A stretch of 64,000 bases of DNA from Octopus vulgaris (Eukaryota). Below, in pieces: positions 34,448 through 48,446 of this stretch. Both the position numbers and the translations under genes were made by a program. The notes beneath the pieces are model-generated. The model was not told the origin of the DNA and made no database searches. It saw nothing but the letters and a program-made list of their open reading frames with translations. The stretch lies in assembly GCA_951406725.2 (NCBI GenBank), contig OX597815.1, forward strand, positions 102,238,001-102,302,000, given 5' to 3'. Position 1 is the stretch's first letter. Each line of letters begins with the position of its first letter.

Positions 34448-34879
34448 TTAGTCTGTGCTGTACGCATATACTTGGAAAAACTTCAATCCAATGTAAAGGA
34501 ACTAACAATCATAGAAGTTCCTAAATGAGTTGCCTCATCTTATCTTTGTGTCTACTAAACAAACTAATTCTGAAGTCTTCTATAATCTCGTGTAATCTCA
34601 CGTAATCTCATCCACTACGGGTACGATTAACAACATTAAGTGTAGCGCTTCAATAAATGAAAACTCCCGCATGAAACCATTTGTAGCATTGTTAATAAAA
34701 AAACAAAACAAAACAAAAAACAAACATCCCACCAAATGCAGCTTTGAGCAGTCATTCTCACAATTCGATTCTATCGTAATGTGGATAGATACAAACATTA
34801 CAAATGTGTATCTATCATGTGGGTAGATACAAACATACATACATGCATGCATACATGTATACAAACATACATACATTCA

Positions 34880-35545
34880 ACATACATACATTTTGCATTC
34901 AATAAAACAGTGGCCTGTTGCAGTGCCAGTACTCATACCAACATTTGGGCTGCTTGATTGATGAGATCCGAGCCACTGATGTGAAAACCCCCCACCAAAT
35001 ATTAACTAGCACACATAATTTCCACATAAACAATAACGTAGACCATCTCTACCTAAAACAAAAGCAAGGCGGCAGAGGCATAACATCGATCCAAAATGTC
35101 TTTGAATGTCGTATCATATCCCTTCGGCAACATCTTTTAACCACCAAGAGCCGAAGTGCATATATGAGGCTGATAACGTCATAAGACTTGGAAGGCAGCT
35201 CCTTGAATAACATTCCTTGTCTGATAACCTTAAATACATGGCCAAAGACGTCGTACGACTCTACCGCAACGTATTATCAGATGAAAGGATGAACGTATAT
35301 GAGCAGAAGACTATGTATATGTTAGTAGAAAGCTCTGAGATGATAGTAACATTGATCATCAAAGCAGTCTATCATAGACTAACAATCGGATTACTACCTC
35401 CCACTTTGAATGGGATGCGTTTGCAATCCAGGAACAGGAAATATCAACCAAGTACCTCATGAACAAAAGGGGACAGAGATGCAGGAAAAGCAGTAAAATG
35501 TGACGACCAATGCAGACTTTGTGGAGATAACACCGGAGATATGTA
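34880..35545 (+). mobile_element. Decayed Dong-like fragment, CATA-associated family
   Basis: NFHINNNVDHLYLKQKQGGRGI, TSHFEWDAFAIQEQEI and CRLC. Preceded by CATA repeats. Confidence 0.75.
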
Positions 35546-38500
35546 GATTTATATAATTGACAAAATGTTAAATTGATTATGCTTAGTTCAAACTCTCCAT
35601 TTTCTTTATCACGCACACACGCACACACACACACACATACACACGCACACACACACAGACACACACAGACACACACAGATCCACTTTTTACCAAGGTTCA
35701 CATTTTGAGGTAGGCAGTTTCGCTGCCAGCGCACATCCTGTGCAGTCTTTTACCAGGTTTTCAACTTTTTTGTCCATGCTTCGTCAGTATACGAAACTTA
35801 GCATCAACGCTTTCATTCTAGAGATGTCTGGATGTCCCACAAGGAACTCTGTTAGCATTCTTTTCTGTAATGTCTGTAGTATGACCACCTTCTGAGCGTA
35901 CATTAGTATACCATCACATATAGAGCACACGTTCACATCTTGGCGGTTATTTACATCAGAGCTCTCTTTATTTCCCTTTGTTCACTACAATATTCTTTTT
36001 GTCCTATTAATAAAGTTATCATATCTCATATTTCTTTATATTTCTTCCAAAGTGACTGGTAGTTCACGCACGATGTTCCACATCATGTTTTTTCGTTTCC
36101 TCTTCTGCTCTTAGCGCTAATGTAATACTGTTTTCGTTATTTCTCGGAATTAGTCTAGACTGACTATCGGCATGTCCCAACTCTTGTGAAGGCAGATATT
36201 CCTTTCTATAATCGTAGTTTAATAGAATGGTACCCCACCGCTACAGTTTGTTTGCTGTATGTGTCGATATTCCTTTCTTGGATCCGTATATCGTTATTAG
36301 AAGTCTATGGCCCGTTTGAAAAAACTTCAGCCTTGAATGAACCTGTGAAACTTTTTCACGCCAAATATAAAAGTCAACGCCTCTTTTTCAATCTGGCTAT
36401 AGCTCCTTTCCACCGGTAATAATGTCATTGATGTGTGAGCTATAGCCTTTCCCTTGCCCTCGTTATCCTTGTGTAGGAGCACGGCTCCTATCCCATAATC
36501 ACTAGCATCTGTAAGTAGTAATATCTCTAATTTTGGATCGGAATGCGTAAGATACAAGTCTGAAGTTAACGCATCTTTTAACTCATTAAATGCTTTCTGG
36601 CATTTCTTTATTCAAATCCATTTGGCATTTTAAAAAAATAATTCATTAAGTGGTGCCCTTACCTTATGGTATATGCACTTGATAATAATATATCAAATCT
36701 AGGAATGCTTGTAGTATTGTCACGTTCGTCGGGGGCGGCATCTTTCGTATTACCGTCATCCTTGCTAGGTCCGGTCTGCATCCACTTTCGTTGATTACTT
36801 GATCTAGATATTTTATTTTTTTCATAAAAAATTTGCATTTTTCTTCTGTCAGTTTTAGTCCGTATTTACTTATTCTCTCGAATACTTTCTTTGTGTTCGA
36901 CATGTTGCATCCTAGACTCGCTTTTTATCCGAATGTCATCTAGTTATGCGATGGCAAAGTCGCAATCACTTAACATAGCATCCGTTATTTGTTGGAATAT
37001 GGTAGGTACCACTTTTACCCCAAACTATACTTGTTTGAATTTGTACAATCCACTGTGCATGTTGATTGTTAGTAGATGTGTGCAATCTTCCTCTAACTGA
37101 ATTTGAAGGTACGCCTCTGAGAGGTCTAACTTCGAAAAAATTTTCCCTCCGTTTAGTTTAGCAAATACTTCTCGGCTCGGAAGTGGGTAATTGTGAGTGA
37201 GTAAACAGTCGTTTAACCCGGTTGAGAAGTCTACGCATACCCTTAGCTTATTATTATTTTTTTACGTAGAACCCCGTTGCTGCCCAGTCTGCATGGTCAA
37301 TGTTTTCAATTATATTCAGGCTTTCCAACCTTTCTAGTTCTTTATTCACATGGTCTACCGCCGCAAACGGCATTCCATTCGGGCCTGAAAGCGGGTGTTG
37401 AATTTTCTTTGATATCGATTCTTGCTTTTGTTTTTTTTTTTGTAGCAGCCCAAACCTCCCGAAAATCTTTTAGGTAAGTTTCTTTTATTTTTTGTTTCAG
37501 TTCATCGACCTCGTTCGGTTGTTTAACTGCCCCGTTATTGCACAGAGCGCTTATGAGTGTATCCCATGAATTAAATTTCTCCATACATTCGGTGCCAAAT
37601 ACATTCATGGATTTTTTCAACACATAAACATTCACTTTCTTGGTTCAACCTTTGATCATTATATTCCAAACGCGTTCGCCCGTGAAATATAATTTTCTTC
37701 CCGTAACACCGTACCCTATTTAGTTCGAACTACATAATTTTGGTTTACCCATTTGTTCCCAAGTTTTCTCATTTATGATTGTGATATCACTTCCTGTGTC
37801 TAATTGCATTCTCAAACTAGTATTTTCAATTCTCACATTCATGAATTTTCTGCTTGTTGTAGTCATAACGTTTCCTGCTGACAAACTATTTATTTTCCTA
37901 CCATTCTAGTTTTGCAGTGCAATTTTATATGTCATGTAAACCTGCAGCGAAAACACTTTGCTTTTTTCTGCAACACTTTATTTGCCGTCCGACAGTTTTG
38001 CACTGGTCTTATGTAGAAACACACTTTCCGTTGAATTTCTTCCGTGTCATGTCTTAATTGTAATATCCTGTCACACACTTCCGACAGTTTCTGCAATTCA
38101 AACCCCTGTTCTTTTCCAGTTTTGATAGAATTTCCGTTCGGATTTCTGCATCCCTTCTATCTGTCCATCCTTGCGCACTTGAAAGAATCTGGAGTAAGCA
38201 TATCTGGAATAAGCATATCTAGCCTAAATCTCTTACATTCTATGTTGATTCTGCCTGTGTAAGCAGTGAAGTCTTCATCTTTTCTATGTTTAAACATTTC
38301 CATCTATATTAAACAGTCAGCTCTTTTCACTATACATTTTGCACAAAATGTCAACTGTGTCGGTGAAATTTATGTCGGACGCTTTTTTTTTTGGCAATAT
38401 GAAGTTACTATTCTTCTCATGCTCTGCTGTCGCTAGTTTTCTTAACACTAGTCGTGTTTTCACATCGTCCGTTCAATCCTGGCATTCTTTTTCAAAAGTT

Positions 38501-38729
38501 TGTTGAAATTTTCGAAAGTAAGCCTCGAAGGTTTACCTTCTTGGGGGGAGGGTTATATTCGAATTCGCTTATGGAATTTGTTACATGGTCAGGTGGAAAT
38601 GTATTCTCCAATTTGGTAATCAACCTCATTAGTTGCAATATTTGCCGCTGTAATCCTTGTTGTTGTTCTCGTTGTTCCTTGAGTTGTTGTTGCTGTTTTT
38701 GTAGCACAACTATCCCAGCCAACAAGTAC

Positions 38730-38953
38730 TCTTTTACTCTCTTTTTACTCTTTTACTTGTTTCAGTCATTTGACTGCGGCCATGCTGGAGCACAGCCTTT
38801 AGTCGAGCAAATCGACCTCGGGACTTATTCTTTGTAAGCCCAGTACTTATTCTATCGGTGTCTTTTTGCCGAACCGCTAAGTGACGGGGACATAAACACA
38901 CCAGCATCGGTTGACAAGAAATGCTAGAGGGACAAACACAGACACACAAATAC

Positions 38954-38984
<31 letters not shown>

Positions 38985-39156
38985 CATATATACGACAGGC
39001 TTCTTTCAGTTTCTGTCTACCAAATCCACTCACAAGGCATTGGTCGGCCCGGGGCTATAGCAGAAGACACTTGCCCAAGATGCCACGCAGTGGGACTGAA
39101 CCCGGAACCATGTGGCTGGTTAGCAAGCTAATTACCAGACAGCCACTCCCGCACCT
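38730..39156 (-). mobile_element. Full-length tRNA-SINE with internal microsatellite, inserted in the gypsy gag region
   Basis: Head GGAGTGGCTGT.TGGTAA...GGTTCAGTCCC, TTGGGCAAGTGTCTT, and tail ...GACTGAAACAAGTAAAAGAG. Further copies at 51823 and 59531. Confidence 0.88.
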
Positions 39157-39308
39157 CTGAAGTGTTCCATATTTTATGATTTTCGTAAGTTTGCACAAGA
39201 TTTTTATCTCTTTTTTTTTTTGTCGAATTGAATTTTCCATGTGAATTAACTCTCCGTGTGAATGTTTTTTCTTCACTCCGCGTAAATTTGTTTTCCCTCG
39301 TTGCCCAC

Positions 39309-39646
39309 TGTCGTAAAGTGGTCTTTTGCCACTGTTATATCTGTCTTTTGACGACGATTGTCGCTCTGAGAGATATTGTTATATTCCGAAATCGTCGATA
39401 GAATGGTTCTATCTGGCACTGTACGACCCCCAGTAGTACAGTGTTATCATCCCCAAAAGGTTGGATCGATGTAACGTCCACTCAGTATCTCAGTATAATT
39501 AAGATATCAGCACAGGCACGACTATCAACACAGTCTACACGTACTCTCGACCTTCCGGCCTTCTCCTGTCGACCGGCTACTGGTCAATTTATAATGGTTG
39601 GTTACTACCACTATTTACCGGGAGGGGTGTACAGTTTCACTATACA
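39309..39646 (-). repeat. Putative 5' LTR with adjacent primer-binding site
   Basis: TG...CA termini on the minus strand, followed by TGGGCAACGAGGG (39295-39307), which is PBS-like. Confidence 0.6.
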
Positions 39647-40719
39647 ATATATGCATACATACATACATATATACGCGCACACACATATATAAACACATAC
39701 ACATACATGTGTAAGCATATATATGTGTATGTATATGTACGTTTGTACATGTATGTGTATGCATGCATGCGTATGTGTGTATATGTATGTGTGTGTATGT
39801 GTATATATATATATATGCATGCATGTGTACGTACGGGTTTAAATACACAAGTACGCGGGCCTATATAATAATGCATACACACTTACATACATGTACATGT
39901 GTACGTGCGTATTTCGATATACACTTCTTTCTTTCTTTATTTCTGATTCCTCTACCCACAGTATCACATTAGCCAGTAGAATAAACACATTAGTCTATTT
40001 ATAGAAACTTGACCATTCTTAGTATTCTTCTTTTCCGTTTTGTGGTTTACTACTAACTTTAGAAAACACTCCTCCTGTACTTTTTTCTGTATCCATCCTT
40101 TAATGCCATTCTAACATATCACCCCACCGCACACATCTCACACATATTCATTGCTTACATTCTTATCTCTTCCTACTTCTCCCCTATTCCTCTCTCATCC
40201 CCCCTCATAATATCTTGATCACCAACTAACACTCCTTTTTCACGTCTATCACTTTCTGAAACTTTTTTATTTTGTCTTCTAGTTTTCATTTTCTCTTCCT
40301 CTTTATTTCCTTCTTTTCTCACCTTTTTCTTTACCCTCTGTCTTCATTTTAATATACACATATCTTCTCCTCTCTCTATCCACTTAATACTACCACTACA
40401 TTCTCAAATTTTCATTCACACCACAAGACCCCTTTGAATGAACAGCACATGGAATCTACGTCTTCACACTTTCCATTCGTGGTGAAAAAATATGAATTCG
40501 TATTGGAATTTACATACCATGGACAGGAAACATTTCTATCACTCCTACACACCACTTTCCTAGGATAATGGAACTGCAACTATAACATCTTAATACATTT
40601 TTATTTTTATTTCTATATTCATTCTCCTATTTCCCTATATACTCCTTATTTGCTTCCTTTTCCTAAATAACTTTTCATATTGAACTCTAATATTTCCCTC
40701 TATTTAACCATCACATATC

Positions 40720-40767
40720 GTCTCTGATGAAGGGATATCCCTAATATCCCAGAAGCAGCTGTAAGAC
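40720..40767 (+). ncRNA. Minimal type-I hammerhead motif with one core substitution
   Basis: gtct-CTGATGA-a-GGGATAT(cccta)ATATCCC-a-GAAG-CAGCTG-TA-agac, with GAAG in place of GAAA. Confidence 0.7.
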
Positions 40768-40832
40768 TAACTTTCTCTTTATAAATGTCCTGAAAATTCC
40801 GCACAGCTTTGGTTTTGTTGTCTAATTTTATT

Positions 40833-40886
<54 letters not shown>

Positions 40887-40959
40887 ACGTACGTACGTAC
40901 GTACATACACACATACATACATGCATGCATACATACATACACACATACATATATACATT

Positions 40960-41040
40960 TATACAAGCATACAAGCAAAAATACCTTGTTGATGTTGAAA
41001 TCCCAATGAAGGAGCCTTTGAAATAATACTGAATAATGAC
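40960..41040 (+). mobile_element. 3' UTR remnant of the CATA-associated Dong family
   Basis: GTTGATGTTGAAAT.CCAATGAAGGAGCC...ACTGAATAATGAC followed by CATA-like repeats. Matches 45841-45945 and 63535-63635. Confidence 0.7.
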
Positions 41041-42019
41041 ATACAAACACATATACATACATAACACATACATACATACATACATACACGCAAACATACA
41101 TATATACTTGTGTGTGCAATGAAACTCCAAGATGTTGAAATGTATAGTAAAAATATTAACTCTTGCTTTGTGTTACTTTGTATCTGCTTTCATTTCATTC
41201 TTTTATTTTCAACTTGCATTCTTCTAGCTTTCTGAAATAATTTTAACAATTACGTTGCGAGATGGCTGAGAGCCGCAAGACATAAACTAAATCTAAGCAC
41301 ATATTTTTCTTTGTAAAGACATTTTAGTACAAAAGTTTTAAGTAAGTAATAAGAAATGCAGGTTTTCAATAATAGTTTGTGATGTATCTTGTTTTTAAAC
41401 TTCTGATTTGTATTTATTTCTGTAATCGAAAAATACATACCAAATATTTTGAAGATCGTGATTGACGAGTGTTTTAACTTTATAGAGCATATTTAAAACG
41501 GCAATGAATTAAAGGACCATCTAAGAAAAACAAGTGAATTTGCTTTCGGTAACATAAAATTGAACTGCAAATAATAAAACTAAAACAAAATAAAAAAATA
41601 TTTTAAATGATATTTATCTCAGCAAATATCAGGTTTAAAAAAATGGGAAAAACTGCAAACCACTAATTGAGATATTTTAATGAGATAACCCTTAGCAACA
41701 TTAGATAATTAGTGTTCTCTTATGGTTTTATAATGTTGCAATTATCAGGTTGTTAATGCAGTCATTAACTGCAAGACTAGGTCTTGTTGGTTTCAATTTT
41801 CATCGTGAGTTGGCAAAACGTAAAATCTGTACGAATTTGCTACGTGATGTGTTTCTTCTGACAATGACAACCGTAAGGCATGGAATGAATTTTCACACAC
41901 ATTTTTATTACATAAACATAATTGTTTTTACACAATGTCATTCACCAGCGTGTTTCATCCTGGGGATATTTGGGAGAAGCCATATTGTTGGCCTCGACAT
42001 CAACAACTATGACTAGCTT

Positions 42020-42640
42020 GCTAATCTCTTATCAAAACTAACAGCTTACAAGCTTTATGCATCTTTTATCTCTTGGCTTGGTAACTTCCTTTCAAATCAC
42101 AGTGAGCAACCTGTGTTAACGAAGCTCTCTTTGATTTCCACTCAACTCCGGTGTGCGCTAGGATTAGATTCTACCCCAACCCTTTTCTATACATCAAGGA
42201 CATATATGCCGTCACAGCCTGCAACGATTACTGTTACATAGGTGATATTACACTTCAATATTTTCTATCTTTCTCCATTCAAAAGCTATTGCCAGATAAC
42301 CTAGATACCTGATGCAAAATTTGCACTGAATTCCTTGACAGAAATCTCTCAAAAGCATCCTCCAATGGGGCCGTGCCAAAGCTGTCTTATAGAAGAACAA
42401 ATAGAACACCAACACTGAGCACTGCTCATATGAAGAAAATACAAGTACTGTTCATATCAAGATAATATCCTTTAAACATAAGAAGCACGTGGCGAGATTA
42501 CTCCAAATATTTCTGAGGATCTCTCATAGCGATAGCATATGTGTCTATAACTTCACTTCTTCACTTCAAAGCCTAACTTGTCTCCTCCGGTCTAGAAAAT
42601 TGTTCACCTCCTGCAATTACCAACCCTCTACACAGCTCAA
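42020..42640 (+). pseudogene. Highly decayed LINE RT fragment (CR1/Jockey-like)
   Basis: LLSKLTAY, ISWLGNFLSN, NSGV and YIGDITL remnants. Confidence 0.45.
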
Positions 42641-42977
42641 GTGTTTAGTGAAATAATTCAAAATGGACAATAGCATCAATCAGGACAATAAGGATGAATA
42701 AAGTTATATCAAATGTAATAAATATATGTTCTTGATTTATTGAAAATATTTTCCCTTAGAGAGATGAGTAAGTAAATACCTTACGGTTATTGTGACGAAC
42801 ACCATATGAGAAGGGAGATAATCTCAAAAATCAAGAATATTCCCAAACTAACGTGTACCATCGAGGAAAAAGACATTCTAATATGAAATTACTTAAATAT
42901 ACATTATCTTATTCAGTACATATTAGCGAGAATAACATGAATGTTATATTGGTTTTTAAACACTCGAGAGGGGAAGG

Positions 42978-43058
<81 letters not shown>

Positions 43059-43812
43059 GGAGAGAGTGAATACCGAAATCCTCCGAGACCTACCGAAAAT
43101 TCGAGGAAATTCAAACAGGCTATTTATCTATTTATGTGCAATCCTTCACCCGGTTTAACAGCACCCCCTTGTCCTTGGATATCATTGTGGAATTCGCTCT
43201 GTTGTATGCATTCAAGTCAGATCTTCTGGTTAGAGGATACATTCATCACTTCCACCAGTCTGGGAGACTCTACAAAGGGTCATCGGCATTGCCTTCCCAC
43301 CAGACTAAGCGTAAGCAATAAAATTATGTGGTACAACGAAAATCAGTGACACTCTGTCACATTGCTCAGTTTATTATCTGGTAATGATTGCGAGATGTGT
43401 ATTTATGAGTCTATGCATACGATTTTCGTGAGAAACATAGATCTATGTTAAGAGAAATATAATTTAGATATGTATAGTTAGTTCAAAGTATGCACCAAGG
43501 TTTATATTTCACCTGTTACTTCATTTAAGTTCTATGTCCAATATTTATCTATATTATTGTTTTGAAATTCGAAAATTTCCTCATTTCATTGAGACCTTTA
43601 GTAAACTTTTGTATGAACAAGTATCCTCGTTACATCTACAAGACTTGATGAATATGACGCGCGCGCACACACACACGGACATGTACTATTTATGAGCTCT
43701 GCGCGCATCGCCGCCGCGTCGGTCGCCCTGCCCTGTCTTCTCCCGCGAATACATGTATATATGTATATATATTTATATACGTCTATACATTATAAATAAA
43801 TATATAGATACA

Positions 43813-43887
<75 letters not shown>

Positions 43888-43979
43888 TTATAAACATTAG
43901 CGTGGTGATTCACTACATCACTAAGATTTCCTGTCCAATGCAATTCTTAAGGCGACAACAAAACTGCGTGTGACTATAT

Positions 43980-44071
<92 letters not shown>

Positions 44072-44959
44072 ATGTATGTATATATACACAGATATATGTA
44101 TATTTATCTACATATATATATTATGCGTGTGCGTTTGTGTGTGTGCGTCTATGCATGTATGTATTTCCTATACATAAACATACATGCCTAAAAGATATAT
44201 ATAAATAAAAAATGTATTTTACTGGAAAGCAACAAGTCGTTAAATTTATTCTTCTCTCTTAGAAAATAATCATTTTATTTATTGAAATATATTTCTATAT
44301 TTCTTGTTTATTAAAACACAGCCACAGGTTTTCCTTTTAGTAGCTTTAAGAGAAATAGAAAATAGTCTTGTGTTTTGTTTTTTCGTTTGAAAACTGAGTT
44401 GTTGATGTTTTTTTATTTCTTTTTAAAATTCCATCTAACAGAAAATTTTTAGATAAGATTTTGATTGTTAAACCTATGGAGCTGTAAATACCAATTTGTT
44501 TTTCTTACCTACAGGCAAAGAAGATGAAGTCTGGAGATTTTAAAATAAAAATGGAAGCTGTGATGCGTATGCTCTTTTACAAGGGAGCTTGCGACGTAAA
44601 TATATATAGAGGAATTCTGAGAAGACCTTACTAGAAACTTTGGTCGTTTCAATACCGATATAGAACTATAAAGAACTTTGCATATATTTCTCCACTTATT
44701 CCACGAAATTTGATGTATTAATGATGTGCTAATAAAATTCTTCGGAATCCTGAATTAAAAGGAATATATGCAATATATTTGCCAGAAGCTTGTGTCCTGA
44801 CTTTTCTTTGAGTATGCGTCAGCACTGTCTTCTCACCTATTATGTAAAAATCCTCCAGAAAGGTGCAACATGGTGTTGATACGCATTGCTTTGCCCTGAA
44901 TTGTTGTTTAGTGCATCATGGAGAAGTTTTTTTAATGTCGTCAGTTATATTTTAGAAAT

Positions 44960-45285
44960 GTGGAGGTACATGGCCTAGTGGTTAGAGCAGCGGACTTGCG
45001 GTCGAGGGATCGCGGGTTTGAATGTCAGACCGGGCGATGCGTGTGTTTATGAGTGAAACACCTAAGCACAACGCGGCTCCGGCAGAAGGTAATGGCGAAC
45101 TTCTGCTAACTCTTTCGTTACAACTTTCTCTCACTCTTTCCTCCAGGATCTAGCAGCTCACCTGCGACGGACCGGCGTCTCGTTCAGGTGAGGAACCTAT
45201 ATGCCAATGAAACCAGGAAACCGATCGTTATCAGTTAGGTATGGCTCGAGAAGGAACAAACAAACAAACAACAACAACAACGACG
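44960..45285 (+). mobile_element. Full-length tRNA-derived SINE with (CAA)n tail
   Basis: A box TGGCCTAGTGG, B box GGTTTGAATG, and a central CCTGCGACGGACCGGCGTC segment. Confidence 0.8.
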
Positions 45286-45630
45286 ACGATGACTACGGAC
45301 ATCTCCTCCAGCTGGTTAGCGACACAATCTGTGCAGGGGCGCGAACCCCTACCATCTATCGGTGGCAAGACAAGTATAACGGTCAGGTTTCAGGGTATTT
45401 CTCTAAGTCAGTACTGGACTGCTAGACATGGAAGTCATTCGTCCTAGTTCGTAACATAAGAAACACAAGCGACATTTAGCCGCTGATTTTGCAACAGACA
45501 AAGTTGCTAGTTCTAAAATCTCTATAAAAGATGTAAGTATTAACAATACTGAAAAGTAATGTTTGTTGTCATTTCAACATGGCTGTTACTACAGTTTTTT
45601 TAACCCCAGAAGGACGTCTCCTCCAGCTTG

Positions 45631-45840
45631 ATGTATGTATGTAAGAATGTATGTATGTATGTATGTATGTATGTATGTATGTATGTATGTATGTATGTAT
45701 GTATGTATGCATGCATGCATGTATGTATGTATGTATGTATGTATGTATGTATGTATGTATGTATGTATGTATGTATGTATGCATGCATGTATGTTTGTAT
45801 GTATGTAGGAATGTACGTACGTATCTATGGATGTATGTAT
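45631..45840. repeat. (TATG)n microsatellite
   Basis: Direct sequence. Confidence 0.95.
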
Positions 45841-45966
45841 GTCATTATTCAGTTTATTTTAAGATTTCTTGCCAATAGAAAAAGAATCGGTTTCTAACCT
45901 AGATCCAAGGTTCTTTCATTGGAATTTCAACATCAACAACAAAGTATTTTTGTATATATGTATTTA

Positions 45967-46019
<53 letters not shown>

Positions 46020-46850
46020 TTCTGTATGTATGTATGTACAGATTTATGTTTTATATATGTATTCTCATGCATATAGTTGCATATCTAGACATGCTCATAT
46101 ATATTTAAATAATAATAAACTTCTGGAAATATAATAAACTTCTGGAAAGTTTTATAGATTTTTGCAGTTCCAGTGATGGATTACATCTGTAGTCTTCGAA
46201 TTAGCTTTCTGCTTTCTGGTTTTGAGAAGCCTAATTCCTCAAAATTGGTATTTAGGCAGTGTGTTATATATCCCAGGGCCCCAATAATTACAGGTATATA
46301 CCTGAACTTGTAATCTAGATAGAGTAACTGCAGATTTCTCAATGGTTCAGCGTAGGTATTTTCTTTTACGTTGATCTTCAGCTTTATATTAACATCCGCT
46401 AGGCAGCTAATTTCCACAACTGTGCACATTTTTTTTCTATCCCAAATCGTTATATCAGGTCTGTTGTGCTTTCATTTTATTGAGGTCTTCACTAGTACAT
46501 TCCACCAGTATTCCTTTTTATTATGAGTGGCTATGGCTTCTACAATATTGTATGTTTTTAATTCTTTGTCGTCAGGATTATCCTTCCGAAGAATTTCATT
46601 ATAGAGCGTGCTAACTACAACGTCATGTCTCATCGGTAGATAAAACCGTGATCACATTTTCGGACAACTGCTTATGATGTAGGTGATATCTTCAGTGTGA
46701 ACTCCATAAAGTCTGCATCGGTTATCACATTTATGGCTTTTCCTGCATCTCTATCCCTTTTGTGCAACAGGTACTTGATTGATATTTCCTGCACCTGGAT
46801 TACAAACGCATACTCTTCAAAGTGGGAGGTAGTAATCCGGCTATTTGTCT
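45841..46850 (-). mobile_element. Dong-like RLE element, CATA-tailed family
   Basis: TSHFEEYAFVIQVQEI, HNRPDI, CTVVEISC and IPVIIGALG. The 3' UTR ends in (CATA)n. Confidence 0.85.
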
Positions 46851-46879
46851 GTCTGTCAGTCTGTCTGTATCTATGTATG

Positions 46880-46936
<57 letters not shown>

Positions 46937-47541
46937 ATTAGACTAAAATCCTTCAAGGCGGTGCTGCAGCATGACCCCAGTGAAATTACTGAAACAAGTA
47001 AAAAAATAATTACTCTATTAAGATATTTCTCATGCGGTCATGGACATTGGTTTCTTAAGGTAATGGTTTTAGCACTGCGTTATTCCTCAATAAGCTGGAT
47101 TCCTTTGGTCACAAATTTCTCCCGTTTCTCTTGTTCTGGAAGAATATCAGTTTGGTTAGAACACATCCTCGTCGCGGTTGTGAGTCTCGTATTGCAACCG
47201 TATTCACATCATTTAATTCTCGGTTGTTCTCTGCAGCCTCAACGATTTTACTAGCGCTCTATATTTATTTGTGAGACCAACCCAATTAGCAGTTCTTTTT
47301 TTTTTTCAGCTCTTAATATGCTGAATAAAGCTTCAATCGTCTGGACTTGTTCATGGCAACTTGGGAAAACCGGGACACTGAATTTGTGAACTAGGGTTTT
47401 AATGAATTCATTCACCGGTAGGAAACTTACCATCCTTCTTTTCAGCATCTCATAAAAGAGTTTCACACCGAGAAAGGATGCTGGAAAGAACTTGTCAGGT
47501 GTTGATGCACTCTCCCTCCTAATAGCCAGCACACGTATATA

Positions 47542-47650
<109 letters not shown>

Positions 47651-48195
47651 TGTGCATGTGTGTGCCTAGTCGTCGAGTTTTGAAAGATTAACTTTGTTAT
47701 TTGAAATTCTTGCAATTTTGTGTCGATTTCAGCAAAACCGACTCTTTTCCCTTGTCTTCTCATAATGTGCTATGTATATCTTCAGTATATCCCTTAATGT
47801 CTTTGCCAGATATCAACTTTTGAAAGTAAAGAAACGCGCATATATATATATTTACACTTTTGTATGCATGCACAAATGAAGAAATGGCTATATAAATCCG
47901 TGGGCACGTACACCCTCTCACCTATACACAACTGTATATATTTATCGAAACAAATCTATTCGATATACGTATAGAAATGTGTATCCAAGCCATGTTTACA
48001 TATCTAAATGTTACCATATATTTTCTGAGTTCAATAAAACGCGTTGTCATGTCTTGTTCTCAGGATAAATAAAAAAGAAATAAAGAAAAAAAAATCCCAA
48101 AAAGAAAAAAAAAGTATTTTAATTCAGTTTTTATTTTCCATCATAAATATAGGTTTCGTTTTCCATCAGCTATATTCCATTCCACAAAATACAGA

Positions 48196-48235
<40 letters not shown>

Positions 48236-48279
48236 GTGTGTGAATGTGTGTGTGCATCTGTGTACCTGTATATCTATCA

Positions 48280-48351
<72 letters not shown>

Positions 48352-48390
48352 GTCTGTCTGTCTGTCTGTCTGTCTGTTTCTCTCTTTTTT

Positions 48391-48446
<56 letters not shown>

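Larger units (their letters stand above)
35690..39646 (-). mobile_element. Decayed Ty3/gypsy (Mag-like) LTR retrotransposon, 3'-truncated in the integrase
   Basis: Domain order is gag CCHC remnant, protease QLDTGSDITI, RT (A*LDDI), RNase H LTDASDYGIGAVL..YSQIEKEAL and integrase zinc finger HP..CTGC. Confidence 0.85.

Noticed and set aside
43065-43400. GC-richer island resembling a PLE linker or an exon
   Set aside because: No convincing motif or splice pair
44495-44940. Strong acceptor TTTTTCTTACCTACAG followed by coding-like sequence
   Set aside because: Multiple stops and no identifiable family
44960-45035. tRNA gene-like A and B boxes
   Set aside because: Head of a SINE that continues into a SINE body and tail, with no complete cloverleaf
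47251-47532. 93-aa minus-strand ORF between microsatellites
   Set aside because: No recognisable domain. May be a transposon 5' remnant.
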